In this document: piece by piece, positions 59,390 to 64,000 of the stretch | How positions within the stretch are numbered: position 1 is the stretch's first letter | How the letters are laid out: every line of letters starts with the position of its first letter | NCBI GenBank assembly: GCA_038064675.1 | Contig: JBBTSM010000003.1 | Span: forward strand, 38,663-102,662 | From: Patescibacteria group bacterium | Lineage (GTDB): Bacteria > Patescibacteriota > Patescibacteriia > UBA9934 | DNA length: 64,000 nucleotides | Direction: 5' to 3' | Program-made: the position numbers and the translations under genes | The notes under the pieces: model-generated | The model's input: only the letters and a program-made list of their open reading frames with translations | The model's database searches: none | What the model was told of the DNA's origin: nothing

Positions 59390-61459
59390 TTACTTTCCGC
59401 GAGATCGCTTCCCTTTCTTTCCCTTCTTCATTCCCAACAACTCTTTACTCAACAACGCGATTTCATCTCGCAGAATCGCCGCGGTCTCGAAGAGCAAGTT
59501 TGCCGATGCTTTGTCCATTTCAATTTCCTTCTCACGAATCGCCTCCTCAATCTCCATCGGCGTTGCGCCAATTTCGATGTCGAGAATCTTTGATGTGTCG
59601 GCCTCAAAATTCCGATCGAGTTCTGCGCGAATGTCTTTAATCGTCTTGATAATCGTTTGCGGCGTGATGCCGTGCTTGATGTTATGTGCGATCTGGATAG
59701 TACGACGACGTTCAGTTTCCTTCAGCGCCCTGTCGAGCGATCCTGTCATTTTATCGGCGTACAGAACAACCAAACCGTTCACGTTACGCGCCGCACGGCC
59801 GATAGTCTGAATCAACGACGTTTCCGATCGCAAGAATCCTTCCTTATCCGCATCGAGAACACCGATGAGCGAAACTTCTGGGAGATCGAGACCTTCGCGA
59901 AGCAAGTTCACTCCAACCACAACATCGTATGTTCCCCGTCGGAGCTCGGATAAGATAGTAATTCGATCCAAGGTTTCGACATCCGAGTGCAAATACGCAA
60001 CCTTCATTCCGCCTTCTTTGAGGTACGTCGTCAAATCCTCCGCCATCTTCTTCGTCAGCGTCGTCACCAACGCTCGCTCACCTTTTGTAACACGGTCCTT
60101 AATGCGCTCGACAATATCGGCGACTTGGCCCGGGAAAGGACCCCCTCCGACTCCCCCTTCGTAAGGGGGAGCGTTGTCGGTCTGCGTTACTGGCAGCACC
60201 AATGTTTCTGGATCGACCAATCCCGTTGGACGAATAATCTGTTCAACGATCTTTTCCGATGTTTCCCTCTCAACCACTCCAGGCGTTGCTGAAACGTAGA
60301 CAGTCTGACCGATCGTCTTATCGAACTCTTGGTATGTTAACGGTCGATTATCCTTTGCCGATGGAAGACGGAATCCGAAATCGACCAACGTCTGTTTTCG
60401 GGCCTGATCACCGGCGAACATACCACCGATCTGTGGGAGCGTGACGTGTGATTCGTCGATAATCGTCAAGAAATCCTTCGGGAAATACGACAGCAACGTG
60501 TGTGCCGGTTCACCAACGCGACGGCCGTCGAAGTGACGGGAATAGTTTTCAATTCCGCTACAGTATCCAACATTCCGAATCATCTCGATGTCGTATCTCG
60601 TACGTCGAGTTAAGCGTTCGGACTCTAAAAGCTTTCCCTCGATTTCGAATTCCTTGAGTCTATCAGCGAGCTCGGCTTCAATATCACGGATCGCGCGTTC
60701 CCGTTCGGCGGAATCGGACATGAAATGTTTCGCCGGAAAGAACCACGCATCCTCATTTTGTGTAAGGATTTTTCGCGTCACTTTGTTCAGCGCAAAAATT
60801 TCACGCACCGCATTGCCCTCAATAACAATGCGATACACCGTTTCATCGCTCGGCGGCATCACCTCGATGACATCACCGTTCGCGCGGAAGTGACCACGGG
60901 TTAAATCAGCATTCGTTCGCTCGTACTGCATCGCCACGAGCTGACGGAGAAAATCTGCACGATCGATCCGATCGTTCACTCGGAGATGAAGAACCTCGCG
61001 CTTGTACGCTTCTGGCGAACCCAAGCCGTAAATACAACTCACCGATGCAACCACAATGACATCGCGCCTCGATAACAACGACTGCGTTGCAGCGTGGCGC
61101 AATCGATCGATCTCCTCGTTAATCTGCGCGTCCTTTTCGATGTACGTATCTGTTCTCGGCATGTACGCCTCTGGCTGGTAGTAGTCGTAATAGGAAACGA
61201 AGTACGACACCGCATTGTCTGGAAAAAAATCGCGGAATTCGGAACACAACTGCGCGGCAAGGGTTTTGTTGTGCGCGATGACGAGCGTCGGTTTCTGCAC
61301 ATTCTGAATAACATTCGCCATCGTAAAAGTTTTTCCCGAACCCGTAACACCAAGAAGCGTCTGCCGATGCAGACCGTCCTTGATCCCATCGGTGAGATCC
61401 GCAATTGCCTTCGGCTGATCGCCCGCTGGAGAATATTTTGAGACGAGATTGAATGACAT
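59390..61459 (-). CDS. uvrB: excinuclease ABC subunit B
   Basis: Helicase motifs (GVTGSGKT, DESH), UvrB interaction domain, C-terminal basic tail. Contains an in-frame palindromic-element insertion. Confidence 0.95.
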   Translation of the reverse strand: MSFNLVSKYSPAGDQPKAIADLTDGIKDGLHRQTLLGVTGSGKTFTMANVIQNVQKPTLVIAHNKTLAAQLCSEFRDFFPDNAVSYFVSYYDYYQPEAYMPRTDTYIEKDAQINEEIDRLRHAATQSLLSRRDVIVVASVSCIYGLGSPEAYKREVLHLRVNDRIDRADFLRQLVAMQYERTNADLTRGHFRANGDVIEVMPPSDETVYRIVIEGNAVREIFALNKVTRKILTQNEDAWFFPAKHFMSDSAERERAIRDIEAELADRLKEFEIEGKLLESERLTRRTRYDIEMIRNVGYCSGIENYSRHFDGRRVGEPAHTLLSYFPKDFLTIIDESHVTLPQIGGMFAGDQARKQTLVDFGFRLPSAKDNRPLTYQEFDKTIGQTVYVSATPGVVERETSEKIVEQIIRPTGLVDPETLVLPVTQTDNAPPYEGGVGGGPFPGQVADIVERIKDRVTKGERALVTTLTKKMAEDLTTYLKEGGMKVAYLHSDVETLDRITILSELRRGTYDVVVGVNLLREGLDLPEVSLIGVLDADKEGFLRSETSLIQTIGRAARNVNGLVVLYADKMTGSLDRALKETERRRTIQIAHNIKHGITPQTIIKTIKDIRAELDRNFEADTSKILDIEIGATPMEIEEAIREKEIEMDKASANLLFETAAILRDEIALLSKELLGMKKGKKGKRSRGK
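60141..60171. repeat. GC-rich palindromic element inserted in-frame in uvrB (encodes NAPPYEGGVGGGP)
   Basis: ccccctccgactccccc + CTCCCCCTT-cgt-AAGGGGGAG. The 17-mer ccccctccgactccccc is identical to the DUF559 inverted-repeat arm at 16465-16481. Confidence 0.75.
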
Positions 61460-61579
61460 ACGAAAAATTCGCCCGAGAGTTGGCCTCTAGGGGTACGTAT
61501 AAGAGAATGTGAGTCGATCATACCAAACAAACGCCGAACGGACAACCGATATCCACAGAAGTGCTACAATCCCGACAGT

Positions 61580-62437
61580 ATGCGTTTCAAGCTGTTCCAA
61601 AATTTGAATAGACTTCGAATTGTAAGGGACATTTGTCCGTTACCAGGGTTTCCGTCGCACGATGCATCTCTCTGGAAAGGGCGAGCAACGCTCACGCAGT
61701 TCCCCATCATCGAACACGCAAACGGCTATACCGTCACGGATTTCAAGAATCGTTTCATCACGTGGCACAGAACGTTTACCAGCGATCATCACATTCCCGA
61801 TCTCGAGTCGAAGAGCTTCATTCATATTCACGAATGGATTCCTCCGACGTATGTCAAAAACGTTCCAGGATTCTTTTCCTTCAGCATGGACCATTTTGAG
61901 GCGGTCACCATTCTCACGCCAGAGCCGACCAAGCTGTGGAGTTCGCAGGCTCGCAGACACCTTTCATCAGCAAAGAAACATCCCGATCTCAAACTTCGCT
62001 TCGGCACGATCGATGAAATGGCGAACATGCTGCCGACATCGCAGGTTCCGAAATCTCTCCATCAAACATTTCTCGACTTCGCCAAGCGCCACACCGCCGC
62101 ACATCCTGAAGACGTCGAAGTCCTTATCGCGACACTCAACGATCAGCCCGTTGCGGGATTCATCGCAGGCTACTGCCTTGAGGCAAAAGAAAGTTCCTAC
62201 CTCGTTGGCTGTTTTACCGGCGACGGCGGCAAGGTTCACGCCATGGTTGCATTGGTTGCGTGGTGGTTTGAACGATGCGCAGCACGAGGCATGGTGCACG
62301 CAAACTTTGGCGACATCGTCGGCCCACAACCATTCCCCTTTGACGACTTCATCGGCTACTCCAACTTCAAAACCCACTTCAACATCCATCGCGTATGGAT
62401 GCCGGGCAGCAGATGGAGCGTCTCCTTATCGTTCTAA
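61580..62437 (+). CDS. hypothetical protein
   Basis: 285-aa ORF. No confident domain (weak resemblance to an acyltransferase fold). Confidence 0.45.
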   Translation: MRFKLFQNLNRLRIVRDICPLPGFPSHDASLWKGRATLTQFPIIEHANGYTVTDFKNRFITWHRTFTSDHHIPDLESKSFIHIHEWIPPTYVKNVPGFFSFSMDHFEAVTILTPEPTKLWSSQARRHLSSAKKHPDLKLRFGTIDEMANMLPTSQVPKSLHQTFLDFAKRHTAAHPEDVEVLIATLNDQPVAGFIAGYCLEAKESSYLVGCFTGDGGKVHAMVALVAWWFERCAARGMVHANFGDIVGPQPFPFDDFIGYSNFKTHFNIHRVWMPGSRWSVSLSF

Positions 62438-62851
62438 TTCCTTCACGACGCTCTTTTCCAAATCAACCAGGTCAAGCACTTCTTTCATTCGCGACAAATC
62501 CTTGACATCAAGTTCTTTTACCAGCAACTTCTTCTCAACGCGCTCAATCATCCGAAGAATCTGTGTGATTTCCTGCTCGGCAGTAACGTTCACTTGGAAG
62601 TCGAGCTCTTCTCGAAGGTCTGCGATCTTCGCAGCGCGATTCTGGCTCACCAACACGATAATCGACAAGAAGATTGCTTCAAGCGACACCACCATTGTTA
62701 ACATACCGTACGGATACGGATCGAACGGCGCAAATCCAGGAATCACGTGCGAATTCGCAATAATCCATGCGAGGAATACCACAGCGTTCAATGTAAAGAA
62801 CGCGATCGTCCCAAATGAGTCCGTCAGAAAATCCGCAATGCGCTCGCTCAT
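62426..62851 (-). CDS. DUF1003 family membrane protein
   Basis: SERIADFLTDSFGTIAFF ... FDPYPYGMLTMVVSLEAIFLSIIVLVSQNR matches the DUF1003 pattern. Start at internal Met. Confidence 0.7.
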   Translation of the reverse strand: MSERIADFLTDSFGTIAFFTLNAVVFLAWIIANSHVIPGFAPFDPYPYGMLTMVVSLEAIFLSIIVLVSQNRAAKIADLREELDFQVNVTAEQEITQILRMIERVEKKLLVKELDVKDLSRMKEVLDLVDLEKSVVKELER

Positions 62852-62964
62852 GCTGCGCTTGCGATTCATTTCCGCAGAAAACACCGGCATGCGCCGCTTC
62901 ACCCCGCGAACCGTAGTTCGCCCCCTCCTATTTTGCGACATAGATGCCTTAAGTGTATCACGGC

Positions 62965-63825
62965 CTACAGTTCAGATCGCATGATCTCAACCGCAATCGG
63001 TCCAGCCACATACGGCGCAATCAGATACGGATTGTAAAAGATACCAATAGCTTCTGGCGTGGTGTAAAAGATCGCATCGTCGATATAGCGATGTGTCTGC
63101 TCGTCTGTTGGGTTCGCTACATACGCATTGAACTCGCTCAACGATTCTTCGAACAACTGATCTGCATTATTGTCGATAAGCCATTGTTTTTCTTTTACCT
63201 CGAACGCAGTGAGTCTTGTCGAGCCGATGATGTCGCGCAACGAAAGCTGCTTTCCCGTCTTCACATCAAAGTTCAAGAACAGCTGCGTGATATTCGGATG
63301 TGCGCCACCTTGATTCAAGTAGTTCGATAATCCAATCGAAAGAATCCCATTCGCATTCTGCTTAATGTCATAGCCAACTTCGCTCGTCCACGCTTGCTGA
63401 GCGGATTCGATTGGGTCATCCATCTGTGCGACGAGATCGGTAAGATCCGCTTTGCACGACGACACGAAGCTTGTTGCAGCGTGATCGAGATCCTCGTCAC
63501 CATCGGTGGTGAGAAATTCCTTTACCGATACAGTAATCTGCGCATTGATCGAATCCTGAATAACCGTTAGGGCACCAGATACGTCCTCAATCTGCGGATA
63601 GAGCAATTTCACGTCGCACCCGCCAGTCCCTTCAACATCCTCATGACGCGTCTGAATCACTTCACGGAACGTAAGATCCTTTCCGGCGGCAACATTCACG
63701 AGGTAACCATCTTGCGGATCAAGCTCAGGAAGATCTGCCTCCCATTGTCGAAAAAGGAAGTATCCCCCAGACGTAAGCACCACCACAACTGCCAGGCTTA
63801 ACACAATATTGCTCAGATTCTTCAT
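62965..63825 (-). CDS. DUF3298/DUF4163 (RsiV-like) domain secreted protein
   Basis: Signal/TM anchor plus the ...GGAHPNITQLFLNFD... pattern characteristic of DUF3298. Confidence 0.55.
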   Translation of the reverse strand: MKNLSNIVLSLAVVVVLTSGGYFLFRQWEADLPELDPQDGYLVNVAAGKDLTFREVIQTRHEDVEGTGGCDVKLLYPQIEDVSGALTVIQDSINAQITVSVKEFLTTDGDEDLDHAATSFVSSCKADLTDLVAQMDDPIESAQQAWTSEVGYDIKQNANGILSIGLSNYLNQGGAHPNITQLFLNFDVKTGKQLSLRDIIGSTRLTAFEVKEKQWLIDNNADQLFEESLSEFNAYVANPTDEQTHRYIDDAIFYTTPEAIGIFYNPYLIAPYVAGPIAVEIMRSEL

Positions 63826-63860
63826 ATGAAGGAATCCTAGCAGATCCTGACGAGAAACAA

Positions 63861-64000
63861 ACGTTACTTTGTGGAAAGAATCCCGTCAGCAACATCGAGC
63901 GCGGATTCCACATTTGTCGGATTCCTCATAAAACTTCCATGGTCTCCCGTCGCATCGTCAATAAACAAAGGCACAGTGGCTCCAAATCCTTCGAGGATAT
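63861..64000 (-). CDS. hypothetical protein, C-terminal fragment (continues beyond window end)
   Basis: Own translation ...GFGATVPLFIDDATGDHGSFMRNPTNVESALDVADGILSTK with stop at 63861. Confidence 0.3.

Noticed and set aside
61662-62984. 440-aa plus-strand ORF
   Set aside because: It overlaps the DUF1003 gene and the 61580 ORF in other frames. It is Ser/Arg-rich with no motifs and is a shadow ORF.

Overview
This 64-kb window is gene-dense and about 50% GC, with most genes on the minus strand. The housekeeping content (cysS, gatCA, ligA, recJ, rnhA, lepA, mnmA, secA, murC, murB, hpf, glyA, folD, uvrA, uvrB, lgt), the type IV pilus genes and the many small orphan ORFs suggest a small, reduced-genome bacterium, possibly Patescibacteria/CPR-like. 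That placement is inference only. Besides ordinary genes, the window holds two tRNAs plus one aberrant 105-nt tRNA with a roughly 30-nt insertion in the anticodon loop, a REP/RAYT module, and an ABC exporter next to a type-IV-coupling-protein-like ATPase. Several repeat families are present and no annotation explains them. The most striking is a GC-rich palindromic element (core ccccctccgac + CTCCCCC-n-GGGGGAG hairpin). It occurs as a perfect 36-bp inverted-repeat pair around a DUF559 (Vsr-like) endonuclease gene. It also occurs as solo in-frame insertions inside ligA, uvrB and mnmA, where it encodes PPYEGG-type peptides. There are two further structured intergenic repeat families of about 100 nt and about 72 nt. 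There are also several GC-rich plus-strand orphan gene cassettes that share a GCCGCC-stem terminator. I saw no CRISPR arrays or rRNA genes. Coordinates I derived by hand, rather than taken from the ORF track, may be off by 1-2 nt.
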